Origin: Mytilus trossulus
Lineage: Eukaryota
NCBI RefSeq assembly: GCF_036588685.1
Contig: NC_086373.1
Coordinates: 16,926,001-16,990,000, forward strand
Direction: 5' to 3'
DNA: 64,000 nucleotides
Made by a program: the position numbers and the translations under genes. The notes below the pieces were generated by a model. That model searched no databases and had not been told where the DNA came from. It worked only from the letters and a program-made list of their open reading frames with translations. Below are positions 27,301-40,800 of this stretch, in pieces; position 1 is the first letter of the stretch; each line of letters starts with the position of its first letter.

Positions 27301-30300
27301 TTCGCAATCTCGTTTGAATTTCTTGATCATTTTCTCTTTGAGTGAATGTATAATTCGTTGCTCCTTTTCCCATCTATTTAACTCCGCTGCAACTTTACTG
27401 GCAATTCTTTCAGCTGCTTCCTTTGCCAACTTCTTAGAATCATCAGGAGGTGGACATTCAACCTGGTTCCAGTCAGTTAATGTACTGAGCATGTTTCGTG
27501 ACCTTAACACGTCAGCTGTTGTTTTATGCAAATCGGTTATCTCATATTGTAGTCCTTTTCTCAGATCGTCAATCGTTTGTCTTGATTTAGCCTCTAAGGC
27601 GTCCATATTTCGTTTTATTCCGTCCATCTTTTTGGTCATTTCTTCTTTGTCTACAGCATCCAATGTCTTAGATACTTTAAGGGTGTAATTAGCTCTTTTA
27701 AGGATCTGCGACAACCACCTAAAATTTGGAATAAAATTCATGATAATCAAATAATAACATTCGGTCTCGTACAAGTTATGATAAAATAACTGGATGATGA
27801 CACAATGTACAAACTAATTGTAAACGTGTGCGTTTTCTCGTCAACCAATTCTAAAGCAAATGAATTTAATTATGCTAGTGTGCATATTTATGGAACTATC
27901 TTTATTTTTAAAGTAGTAACCTCTCCTTTTACTAATAGCGAATACGTTAAGATGTAGGATGTAAACCAATGAGAGAATATTACAGGGTTCCTTAGTTTGA
28001 GCAGTTGTTTCGCCACTTTCTCAGTTTGGCATGCTTAACTCCACCCAAAGTTACACAATATTTAAACTATAATTACCGATAATGTGAATTGAGTTGTTGA
28101 CGTAAACTGGCTGGAAACAATCGCTGCAGTCCATTCGAGATAAAATCTTCATGACCAGAGTTTATGGTTCCGAATTCTATTGCACGTTTGGCCTAAATAT
28201 AAGAAAGAACATTTTAATATCACCTACCAAAACGAGTTTAATGACTAGGCCTACATCTTCTACGAAATACATATACAAATGATATGTCTGATGTAACTTT
28301 TCGATCAAATTCATCCCAAATAAACCTTGGCCAAAGCTTTGCTGATGTGAAAACCGATTAAATGGTACTACTGATAATTGAAATAAGGTGAATAATAAGC
28401 TTCCAATAATGACGAATTGATGGACTAAATAAAACATACTGCCACTATATTGTGTCTTTAAAGTGAATCAGTAACTAATATTGGGTAGGGAAAATCTTCA
28501 TATCATATACAACAATCCCTTTTAAATTTCTATTTGAACTTTGCTATAAAAATTCCAAGAAATTTAATATTGAAAGCAAATTTCTTGTATTGATTTAAAA
28601 TCTTTGAGTAATTACCTCTGTTGTTGAAAAGTAAAATATTTGATCTTGTCGGAGTCCCTGAAATATTTGTTCCAATCGGTACACAATTCCCCGTTTTATT
28701 TCTTCTCTGTCTTTCGGAGGTACGACATCCCATTTATTACAAATAAATAAAGTGGATGAGGGACTGAAATCTTCCTCTGAAGAGTTGACTATATTTCTGA
28801 GAAAATCTTTCAACTAGAATATACAAGATATGAATAATTACAGAACATTTCAACAATTGGTTTGTGCAACCGTGTACAACAAATTGTGTCTACCGTTCCA
28901 AAAATGATTGTAATACGATAGATTTTTATTAAGTGTACAGAGTATTTTGATATCTTTTTCATATTTCATCTGCAAAACCGAAATGTGTGAAGTACAATCG
29001 ACAAATTTTGGGTTTTGCAAAACTATAAATCATCTTCAAATCTTCTTGTTGGCTGTGAACTGAATAGTCGGCTACAAAAGGCAACGACATGAAAAATTCG
29101 AAACATTTCAATTTGGAAGATAAACGGCCTAAGACGCCTGTCTATTGCTGAAGACGTTGTGTTTACCCTAAGAAATCTTGTTTTTTCGTGTATTTTTTTT
29201 TTTTTACTTTCTTTGTTGTGAATTTTCATTAAGTTATGTCCAACGTTTCCTTTTGTACATTAAAGAAAACCTGATAGGTATTATATATACACTTGATTGA
29301 CATTAATAAGTTCTCAGCCATTTCTTACCCGTCCTCTCTGAACACCGCCTGCATTAGCAGTATTCACAACATAAATGAAGCCACATGACTTTGAAAGGTA
29401 CTTTTTAAGTGATTTGTGCATCTGGTTGTCACCAAATCCAGGAGTATCTATAATCACCAGACCTTCCTGAAAAAAAAACCCAGTAAATTGGAAAATGTGT
29501 AACATTACGTAATACAATATAATACTGTGTACAATCAAAACAGTATAGGCCTGCAGTAAAGCAAAATTTTGTAAACGGCCATTTATCAAATATGACATGT
29601 GATCATCCATGATCGTTGTAATATACCCAAACGCTCTCTTTTCCCTTAAACAGCAACGCTGACATTGCAATTTAAATTTTGAAAAAGAAAAACAAATCGC
29701 TTTAATTGTAAATATTTAAACATTACATAGACTCTTAAAGGCCGGTTCAATTCAAATATTCTAATATCATGTAGTTATAAATCACATCTAGTAATTAAAT
29801 CACCGTGAAGTGGATAAAAAATGGTGCTCAATATTTTCCTATCTTATGAAATCAAAAGTCAACAAGAACGTTCATTTTTTTAGTTAAAATAAGCTGCAAC
29901 TGCAGCTATACTAATCTTACACTGAACTGTATAAAAGTCATCCAGTAATACTTATTTGTTAAATTAAAATTGGCAACCCAACGACTTAATTATACTACAG
30001 CCACAAAAACAAATATGACAGACAGCAGTCAATTAAAACTTTAGTAGTTGTATTCCTGCAGAAGTGGTATACCAAATAAGTAGACGAAAATTGAAGACAT
30101 TATATTTTTTTGAAACAGAGAAAGTTTAAATACGCCGCAGTTGACTTGGAAACGTTCACATTTTTTTCTTCATAATTCAGTGAAAAATGTCACTGATATG
30201 TAACGAGACAATACACTCCAGTGAATAAAAGATGGACGTCTATTTTGATAAACACGAAATTGTAACTGAAATAGTGTATATCATACCTCAATTACGTCAG

Positions 30301-33300
30301 TGGGCCAATATATTTCTATTTTTTCGTATGGATTGTCACCATAATCATCTTCGTATACTATTTCTCTCCTTAACCTTTCTTGTCCTTCCTTGGTACTTAG
30401 ATCTATCTCGGATCTCTGTCCGCCATTAGCCCCAAAGCAGATTGCCTTCTTTCGACCATCTTTGCTCTTTCGAATTTCGCAGACTGTTTGTGTGCATTTA
30501 ATACCACTAGTAGGAAGAATGTCAGCTTCAAGCAATAAGTTTATAAGACTACTTTTTCCTGATGTTGCCTCACCTAGAAAAAGATTATTTAGAGTTTATT
30601 GCCGTGCCAAAATGAGGCATCAGGTGTGTCCAAGTAATCACTTAATCACTTTTTTGCTTTAATAATCATTATACTCACATAATCATTTATTTTTTTTAAA
30701 AGCAAGATAATCAACAATACAGTCATAGATTATCAAATCATCGACAAAATCATGAAGTATTTGGTCTAGTAATAAAAAAAAAAAAAAAAATATCCATGAG
30801 AAGGCTCGAAAATATTTTGAAATTTTCAAGATAAAAAAATTAATTTAGCAACTGTTTCAATGTCTTAAGAAAAGAAAAAAAAACAGCACTTGGTGCAAAT
30901 GCGTTAATCATTATTCTCGTGTATTTTGAGAAATTAGAACTTCATCATAGGCCTAGTGTTGATCACACCTCAAAACAAAACATGTTAGCAAGGTCAAAAC
31001 CGACCGAAGCGTCTACGAAAACGATATCATTTTATATTATAATTGGTGTTTAACTTCATACGTAATTGAAGAAATATCACAAGAGTAACCAATGTATTGC
31101 ACTTATGAGATTTCACCACGATTTTCAATTTGAATGAAGCTTGATATCAGAAAAAATCTAAACAAAATAAGTCCTTAATGGCCATGATCACTAGTTTTAT
31201 TTTGTAAATAATATCGTGCTGAAAATTTGATCTGCAGTGATATATGGTAATGCTTTCTTGTACATATTGTAAGTTTATTTTTTGTTGAACAATGTGCCAT
31301 TGATGTTCGTTGTCTGTTTTCGTGAATTTACCGTATTATTTTATCGAAATGCATTGTACAGGTTTTTTTTCTAAAATGAAACCGTATTTATACCTGCGAC
31401 AAGAATGTTACATTCCGGTGAGGACAATTCAGATCGCTTGGAATGGGCATTCTTCTCGATGTCTGGAAAGATACTGTTCAAATCTTGTTGGAAGTTTGGA
31501 GGTAGTTCTCTATAAAAGTTCACGACTTTGTCATAAAGTGACATTAATTTCTCTCTATTTCCTCTGTGATATTGCAATGCTTCTTGTAAAACTGTTCCTC
31601 CCTGAAATTTAGAAGACAGTATAAAAATAAGAAAGTTATGTATGATGTCATACCATCTTTTTTTTAGAAAATAATTGGTAACACAGTCTTCTTCGTGTGA
31701 TTATTTTGTGCAATATTAATGGATAGTTGTTCATATACGTATTACATAATTTCCAATCTTTGAATAGGTATAAAGGTGGTAGACCTTGGTTCAGGGAGAT
31801 AACTCTTTGAATAAGTAATGCGTTTGTTAAAGTCAAGTTTCATCAAAGTATTTTTAGCATTTACATGAAACAGATTGGAAATAATCTATGTAACCTAGAC
31901 GTTTAGAATATATCTATGAAAATGGTTGACACAAACGTACTGATGATTTTAAGAGTTATTTCCCTTAACCAAGGCCTGCCTCCTTAAATAGCTAAATAAA
32001 ACCCGCTTGTACGTATTACAATTCATATACAACAGCAAAAACTTTACACAAACATTACAGAACATTCGTTGTTTAAAAATACAATAGAATTTGTGATGAT
32101 AATATCAGTTACATCGAAGAATCTGTACGCAGCAAGGAAACTAAAAAAACGTGTGCAAATGCACCTGTTACGTGATTGGTTGTTGATTGCCTAATGTCCA
32201 GTGGCAAATATTGCATGCGAATTCGGGACGACATATTTCATGCGTAGTGTCAATTCTTTATACAAAAAGCTTCCTTACTATTTGATGCAGCTAATGATGA
32301 TTGTCTGTCCGGATTAACTTTTTAGTGATACTAATACTCATCTGATGTAGAGTGTTTAACGAGACAATCACTAACCAGTATACCTGTTCTAAGTCATAAC
32401 AACTTCAGACAACCACAGTATAAATGTAACAAGTCCCTACAACTTAAGACAACCCCTAACCTGTATACATGTACCAAGTCACTACAACTTGGACAACCAC
32501 TGACCTATAAACATGTATGGTCACTACAACTCTAGACAACCACTAGCTTGTTAACATGTTCCAAGTCACTAAAACTTTAGATAAGCACTTACTGTATACA
32601 TATGCAAAGTCACTACATTTCTACAATCCCTGACTTGTATATATGTATCAAGTCACTACAAATTTGGACAAACAATGCCCTGTATACATGTACCAAATCA
32701 CTACCACTTTAGACAACCCCTGACTTGTATATATGTACTAAATTACTAAGACTTTGGACAAATTATGCCCTGTATACATGTACCAAGTCACTACCTCTTT
32801 TGACGACCACTGTCTTGCGAATATGTACCAAGTCACTAGAACTTTGGAAAAACAGTGCCCTGTATACATGTACCAAGTCACTAGAACTTAAGGCAACCAA
32901 TGACCCGTATACCCATGACCTGTCTCATTAGAACTTAAGATAACTATTGGCCAATATATTTGTACTATAGCAGTAGACAAATATTGACTGCATCAATATT
33001 ACAAATTTAGTTGAATTTAAGAGAACAATTGAAAAGAATGCCTCTACAAGATCAACTATGACATCACCCGTAAGTCATTGGAAGCACAGACAACTATGAC
33101 CAGTATACTTGGACCATATAAAAAAAATAAGGAGATGGGCATGAATGCAAATGAGACAACTATCCACCAAAGATCAAACGAAATGGACATCAGCAATGCA
33201 TTCTTATCGTCTATGTTATACTCACACTTTGCTTATATATAGAATGCATGAAAATGAAAATACGAATAGATAAAAAAAATAATTATAATAATAAATAGGC

Positions 33301-34425
33301 GCAAAGTCATTAAAAAGGTTTTAAAAAAATAAATATCATAGACTCAGTGTCATTAAAAAGTTAAAATAACGAAAATATCAGTTGCAAATAAGGAACATCA
33401 CGAAAATATGCAGTGCATACGAAATGTGTGCGTCTGCATTTCATATTTCATCTCTATTGAATTTATAAAGTAAAATTGGTAAACGTTAGGCTGAAATTTA
33501 GAAAAAATGGTTAAAGAAATCAATATCGGAATGCATGTAAGTGCGAAAAGTATACATGTTTAATCAAATGAAGCATAGCCAATTTAAAATTCACATGTGG
33601 GTACTTCAGAATTATTTTCAATGATCAGTAGAGTGTCAGTCATAAATTTAAATTTCTTAAAAGCGATGAACTAACACTTTTTTCGAACAATTAGTCTGGG
33701 ACTTTCCCCAAATAATTTGATCAGATACTTTATACAATGTAATATAGTAACGATGAAAAGGCGAAATAGTCTCAATGTTCCGAACGACTGATTCTTTTGA
33801 AAACGGTTAAAACATAAACTGGTATCGTGTTGCAGTGATTGTTATTTGTCGTGTCACTGAGTTATTCGCCTACATAGATTACACAAAAATAAAAAAATAC
33901 TGCATGCATAATTTATCATTTTAAATATATCACTGATTAATATTGATAAGATATTATACTAGTCTCCTCTATTTCTTTAGTATTGATATTCAACAAGATT
34001 CGATCAAGATTCAAATATAGACTAAAAGCAGACCAATTAATCAATAAAATCTTTAGTTTGCCAGTTTACAGAATATGTTCCTGTTTCAAATATTAAAGCA
34101 CTATCGTATTTTTCCTTTTGCATTTTCAAAACCAATTAAAAAGCCGGTGACAATTTTAAGCATACATTCATAAGACTATGGATTTATATACTGTATGCAT
34201 AAAAGATAAAGGTCGAAAACCGATAAAACAAAATCTTACCGTTTTTCTGTCTTTGGGTGCGACAGCTCCATTTTCCTTATAAAATTTTACTAGTTCTGAT
34301 ACGAAAATATCTTTATTTGCAGTTTTTGGTGCTTTAATTCCCCACTGTTTAAAAAGTTTCATCATGGACTGTATATCTTTCAGTTGTAAAATATCTTCTA
34401 CTTTGTTGATTTGTATTTCTGCCAT
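24397..34425 (-). CDS. Gene C: dynamin-like GTPase + helical stalk + protein kinase, 989 aa, intact
   Basis: Exons 34425-34240, 31601-31394, 30573-30287, 29466-29329, 28813-28616, 28192-28077, 27718-27270, 26748-26055, 25745-25457, 24801-24397, total 2970 nt. Same intron phases and motifs as B. Confidence 0.88.
32375..32945. repeat. ~44-bp minisatellite (degenerate) in C intron 1
   Basis: Unit approximately GACAACCACTGACCTGTATACATGTACCAAGTCACTACAACTT, about 13 copies. Confidence 0.85.
33698..33707 (+). promoter_or_regulatory. Canonical NF-kB consensus GGGACTTTCC in intron 1 of C
   Basis: Exact 10-mer, retained at 60862-60871 in the duplicate, about 0.7 kb from the C ATG. Function is untested. 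Confidence 0.35.
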
Positions 34426-34860
34426 TTTGTCTTGTCAGTGATCAACAATTTCTTTCACGTATGCTGTAATAGGGAAGCCTTGAGATTCCTTATAATTCCT
34501 CCATGATCCGATTCCGTGAAAAAGGGTGCAATTTTGGTCACAGTGGTTGAATCCAACTTCCTTATTGTAAAAAAGTAGAATTATTTATAACAAATGTAAA
34601 AACCTATGCGCAGTCGCTGTTACTAGTTAAATGGTATTTAAGTTGTTGTCTGTAATTTTAACCTCACAAAACCCGTTTAAAACTACAATACTATATTTGT
34701 TTTGAATATACGGATCAGTTATGAAGATCAACAAAAATGAGTGTATAATATTCTGTTGACTTTTAACACGTGTCATCGAAATTTAAACAAAAATATTAGC
34801 TAATTGGCTTGTATCTATAAACTTTATTCAATATAAATCGTTGTTAAACATTTATACGAA
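34426..34860. promoter_or_regulatory. Putative bidirectional promoter / 5'UTRs between C and D
   Basis: 435 bp separate the divergent ATGs, and the segment is nearly identical in the duplicate at 61565-61997. Transcription starts cannot be seen from sequence. Confidence 0.6.
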
Positions 34861-37800
34861 ATGGCGGGTACATTAGAAGGAAGCAGTGAACAGCCTATAG
34901 ATATATCCTTCAAAAAAATAAAAGAAATTGATGACTTTTTCGATGCATTTGACATTGCGGAAAATTTAGGCGTCGGCCTTGATGGGCTTGAAGATCTGGA
35001 AGAAATGAAAGAAAGATTGATGATGGAATTCCAGAAATGTCAGCCTGGATTTATAAATTATAAAGAAAAGGTCGGTAAAATGAAAATATGTGGTCGCATC
35101 TATGCCATGCAATGTCTTCTGTGGCACTATTGGTTTTGCAATACTGTATTTCAAGTGAAGTTTATTCTTTATTTCTTGAGATTTGTTTCAGCACTAACAA
35201 CTTTGTAACATCCATATAAATGATTTTCTTACTTTTTAGCTCACCTGGCCAAAAGGGCCAAGTGAGCTTTTCCCATTACTTGGCGTCCGTCGTCCGTCGT
35301 CCGTCGTCCGTCGTCGTCGTCCGTCGTCGTTTACTTTTATATCTAGTTTAAAAAATGTGTGGCGTGACCCGCCAAACCATCGAAGATGGCCGCCATGGCT
35401 AAAAATAGAACATAGGGGTTAAATGCAGTTTTTGGCTAATAACTCTGAAACCAAAGCATTGAAGGCAAATCTAACATGGGATGAAATTGTTAATCAGGTC
35501 AATATCTATCTGCCCTAAAATTTTAAGATGAATCGGACAATCCGTTGTTGGGTTGCTGCCCCTGAATTAGTAATTTTAGGGAAATTTTGCTGTTTTTGGT
35601 TATTATCTTGAATATTATTATAGATAGAGATAAACTGTGAACAGCAATAATGTTCAGCAAAATAAGTTTACAAATAAGTCAACATGACCAAAATGGTCAG
35701 TTGACCCCTTTAGGAGTTATTTCCCTTTAAATTAAATTTTTAACCATTTTTCGTAAATCAAATATATCTTTTACAAAAATCTTCTCCTCTGAAACTAATA
35801 GGCTAAATTAATCCAAACTTGGCCACAATCATCATTGGGGTATCTCGTTGAGAAAATGTGTGGCGTGACCCGCCAAACCAACCAAGATGGCCACCATGGC
35901 TAAAAATAGAACATAGGGGTAAAATGCAGTTTTTGGCTTATAACTCAAAAACCAAAGCATTTCGGGTAAATCTGACAGGTGTAAAATTGTTAACCAGGTC
36001 AAAATTTATCTGTCCTGAAATTTAAAGATGAATCAGACAACCCGTTGTTGGGTTGCTGCCCCTGAATTAGTAATATTAGGGAAATTTTGCTGTTTTTGGT
36101 TATTATCTTGAATATTATTATAGATAGAGATAAACCATAAACAGCAATAATGTTCAGCAAAGTAAGATCTACAAATAAGTCAACATAACCAAAATGGTCA
36201 GTTGACCCCTTTAGGAGTTATTGCCCTTTATAGTCAATTTTTAACAATTTTCATAAAATTTGTAATTTTTTACTAAATTTTCCACTGAAATTACTGGGCT
36301 AAGTTTATTATCTATAGAAATAATTGTTAGCAGCAAGAATGTTCAGTAAAGTAAGATGTACAAACACATTACCATCACCAAAACACAAAGTTGTCATGAA
36401 TCCATCTGCGTCCTTTGTTTAATATTCACATACACTAAGGTGAGCGACACAGGCTCTTTAGAGCCTCTAGTTTAGTCTTCTCGGCGGGGTTTGATTGAGT
36501 CGGCCGTCGTCGTTAACTTTTACAAAAATCTCCTCCTCTGAAACTACTGGGCCAAATTTAACCAAACTTGGCCACAATCATCATTGGGGTATTTAGTTTC
36601 AAAAATGTGTCCGGTGACCCGGCCAACCATCCAAGATGGCCGCCATGGCTAAATATAGAACATAGGGGTAAAATGCAGTTTTTGGCTTATAACTCAAAAA
36701 CCAAAGCATTTAGAGCAAATCTGACATGGGGTAAAATTGTTTATCAGGTCAAAATCTATCTGTTCTATAATTTAAAGATGAATCAGACAACCCGTTGTTG
36801 GGTTGCTGCCCCTGAATTAGTAATATTAGGGAAATTTTGCTGTTTTTGGTTATAATCTTGAATATTATAATAGATAGAGATAAACTGTAAACAGCAATAA
36901 TGTTCAGTAAAGTAAGATTTACAAATAAGTCAACATGACCAAAATGGTCAAGTGACCCTTTTAGGAGTTATTGCCCTTTATAGTCAATTTTTAACCATAT
37001 TTCGTAAATCCGATGTCCCGGCAATTCAACCTAGATAGCCGCTACGGCTTAAAATAGAACATAGGTGTTAAATACAGTTTTTGGTTTATAACTCAAAAAC
37101 CAAAGCATTTAGAGCAAATATGGCTTATGACAATTGTTTATCAGGTTGAGATCTATCTGCCGTGGAATTTTCAGATGGATCGGACAACCTGTTGTTAGGT
37201 TGCTACCCCTGAATTGGTAATTTTAAGGAAATTTTGCCGTTTTTGGTTATTATTTTGAATACTATTATAGATAGAGATAAACTGTAAACAGCAATAATGT
37301 ACAGCAAAGTGATACCTTAATATAAGTTCACATGACAAAAATGGTCAATTGACCCCCTAAGGAGTTATTGTCCTTTATAGTCAACTTTTAACAATTTTCA
37401 TAAAATTTGTAAATTTTTACTAACATTTTCCACAAAAACTACTGGGCCAAGTTCATTATAGATAGAGATAATTGTTAGCAGCAAGAATGTACAGTAAAGT
37501 AAGATGTACAAACACATTACCATCACCAAAACACAAAGTTGTCATGAATCCATCTGCGTCCTTTGTTTAATATTCACATACACCAAGGTGAGCGACACAG
37601 GCTCTTTAGAGCCTCTAGTTTAGCCTTCTCGGCAGTTTGATTGAGTTCTTCAACTCATTTAATATGTGCTATATAATTTTATGTTCATTGGTTTTTACCT
37701 ACGTCTTGTGTCCGTATGCTTTTAGTGTTAGTAATATTATTGTAAATGGTTTCGGAAATTCTCAAATCATGTAACAGTGATACAACGATGCAGAAAACTA

Positions 37801-40800
37801 AAAGATATTATAAAAGTGTTCAATGGAAAACTGAATGTACACATTTAATGTGTGAATAATAACGATAAATATAACGATCATCTCTTGAATAAATCATAAG
37901 TATAATACTAATAAGAAGAATACTTTATTAGTATTAACTTGAATTTGCATTGTCAGGAATTGGTAGACGAAAAGTTTCTCTAGAGGCTTAAGGAGGCTCG
38001 TGGGTACAAAAAAAAACAGCAAATATTTAAACATTTATTTTCCATAACAAATTTTATTCATAACATTATTAGTTGTAACATTATGATATGGTTAAAAAAT
38101 CAACCCCAAAAAATCAAGGCGTTTTAGCCCCAAATGATTTTTAAAATTTTGATATCACTGAAAAAGGTCCAAATTTTCTCCCTTTGGTGAAAAAATGTCG
38201 CATTCAAATTGAAATGTCTTTTTAAACTCATCGGTGACCTATATTTTTTATTAGTTTTTTCAAATAAGCTGCACTTAAACTAAACAATTGTAAAGTTTAA
38301 GCAATTTCTAATATTAGGTTCTTTTTTAATTTCGATTTTACCTTTTTTTCTCCTATTAGTTCAACAGAAAAAAACACCTAGTAAACAAAAATGCATGCTT
38401 TTTTCGATGGCAGATTGTGAGCTAATATGAAAGGTGACCCCATATTTTTATTTTATCTTTCTATTAAGTATAGGATAAAGTTTATTTAGAGAAAAATAAA
38501 GCGAAATCCTATATTAGAAAAAAAAAAATTTATACCCAGGAGCCCCCTTAATACAACATGTTCTGTAAAATATTACCGCATTTATTAAATTTCCAACTAC
38601 TCATCATTTTAATATATTTACTTGGTTCTTAGAAAAAGATGCTGAAAAAAAAGTAAAACTGATTTTTCGGGTGAGACGGCTACTGCAGTTTTCAGTTAGC
38701 GTATTTTAATGTTTTCAAAATTCTTCATCTTTGAGGGAGTAATTAAAATTGACAAGCAACACCAACTTCATTTCGTTTATATTTTTCACAAAAGGTTTCG
38801 TTTGACGCTTTATATTAGTTAAACTAAATCTTTGCATTGTCAAGCATATGTAGATGAATTATTCCTAGAATTTTCAAAATAAAATATTACTTCATTGAAT
38901 GAATTTTTCAACGATAATCTTCATTATAGACCTACTTGTTTGCTACATATTTCATTGATTTATTTATTATATAACACAGTCTGATTTGATATCTTATATA
39001 AAAAAAAAAGGCTTGCAAGCGAGTGGAATTCTTTTTTAAAGCTAAATTAATGTATTATGGGAGTATAAATTAAAAATGATAGAACTTGTTTGTACTTTGT
39101 TTGCTCCTTTTTAATTTTTTTTTTAATTCGAGCGTCACTGATGTAATGAGTCTTTTGTAGACGAAACGCGCATCTGGCGTAAATACAAAACTCTATCCTG
39201 GAATATATGATGAGTTTGTTTACAACCATAGGGTCGATTTCACTCCAGGGGGAGTTTTAATTCCCTCGAGGGTATCGTCAGCCTAATAGTCTAGTCAGCA
39301 CGTGAATTATCATTTTTATGGTCATATTCATAAATTAACTGCTTACAAACTATAAAATTTTGGAAATACTAAGGCTTTTTACTTCAGGTAAAGATTACCT
39401 TAGCTGTATATGTCAAAACTTTTAAGAATATTTGGTTCTCAATGCTCTCCAACTTCTTACTTTATTTGTCCTTTTTAACTTTTTTTATTCGAGCGTCACT
39501 TATGAGTTTTTTGTAGACGAAACGCGCGTCTGGCGTATAGATAAGATAAGATAAGATAAATGTACACACAATTATAAAATATCTATTCATGACTGCTTCA
39601 AAATAATAATATAGAACTTACTAATAAAAATCAACAATAAATACAAAAGAGGTATAATTACAGTTTAGTTCGCTTAAAAACGCCACTAGGGTAAAGGTTA
39701 AATAAATAAATAAAAAAAAAAAAAAATCAGTAAGAATTCAGTTATAGTTCAGTAAAACTTTTAGTAAAAATTACAGTAAAACTTTTAGTAAAAATTACAT
39801 TAAAACTTTTAGTAAAAATTGCAGTAAAACTTTTAGTAAATTACAGTAAAAATTTAACGATTAATTCAAAATAAATTCGTCAAGTAAAGATTTACAAAGT
39901 AAAAATACAAAAAAGGAAATTTAAATCAATACATTTAGTTTAAACAATATTATATAAATCTTTTACGTCTCATAAAACATTTATGGAGTGTATTAGCCAA
40001 AAGTGGTTGGATTTCATCACATTTCATTAAAGATGTAAACTTGTGTGCAGTAGTTAATATTTCAAAATTGTCAATTAACTGTTTAGCATTTTGAAAAAGT
40101 TCAAATCTAATGTCTGAATACATGGAATAAAGCGGACAGTTCATCATGAAGTGTATTTCATTTTCTACGGTTGAATGGTCACATAGTTTACATAATCGTT
40201 CATTCAAGGGTATCTGCGGTCTGGAATATCGTCCCGTTTCAATAGCCAATGACAACGCTCCACTTCTAAAAAGTGTCATTGTTCGTCTTACGGAACGTGG
40301 GACGTATATACAACACTTAATTCTGGTATATATGATGAGTTTATTGCCAAAGCGAAGTATATATATAGTGATATGTTCAAAAATATAATAAAAATGGCAG
40401 GTCACCGAACATTTTCTCAATCAACGGGTGTCACATGTGAAGCAAATTCTACTTACCCTTCTGGAGCGCTTGGAATCACCCCCTTTTTTTTGGTGGGTTC
40501 GTGTTACTCAGTCTTCAGTTTTTGATGTTGTTTATTGTGTATGCAGTATTTTTTTGTCTGTTTTTTTTTATTTTCGATTTATGAGTTTGACTGTTCCTCT
40601 GGTATCTTTCTCCCTTCTTTTGTGATACTTTGTATATGGTGCATACAGGGGAAAACAACAGTATGTGATAAAAAGCTTAACTAAATTATAGAATTGTAAA
40701 ATAAAATACGAGAAGGTTGCGATTAGAAAATGCTTTGAGAAGTCAAAAGAAAAGATAGTGTAACTGTATGTTTTTTTTCCCGGCAAAAAGTTAAATAGCA

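Noticed and set aside
5566-34425. Assigning the symbol DSTYK, MFN or LRRK
   Set aside because: The architecture and some kinase motifs recall DSTYK, but orthology cannot be shown without a phylogeny. No transmembrane pair or Roc-COR/LRR features are visible.
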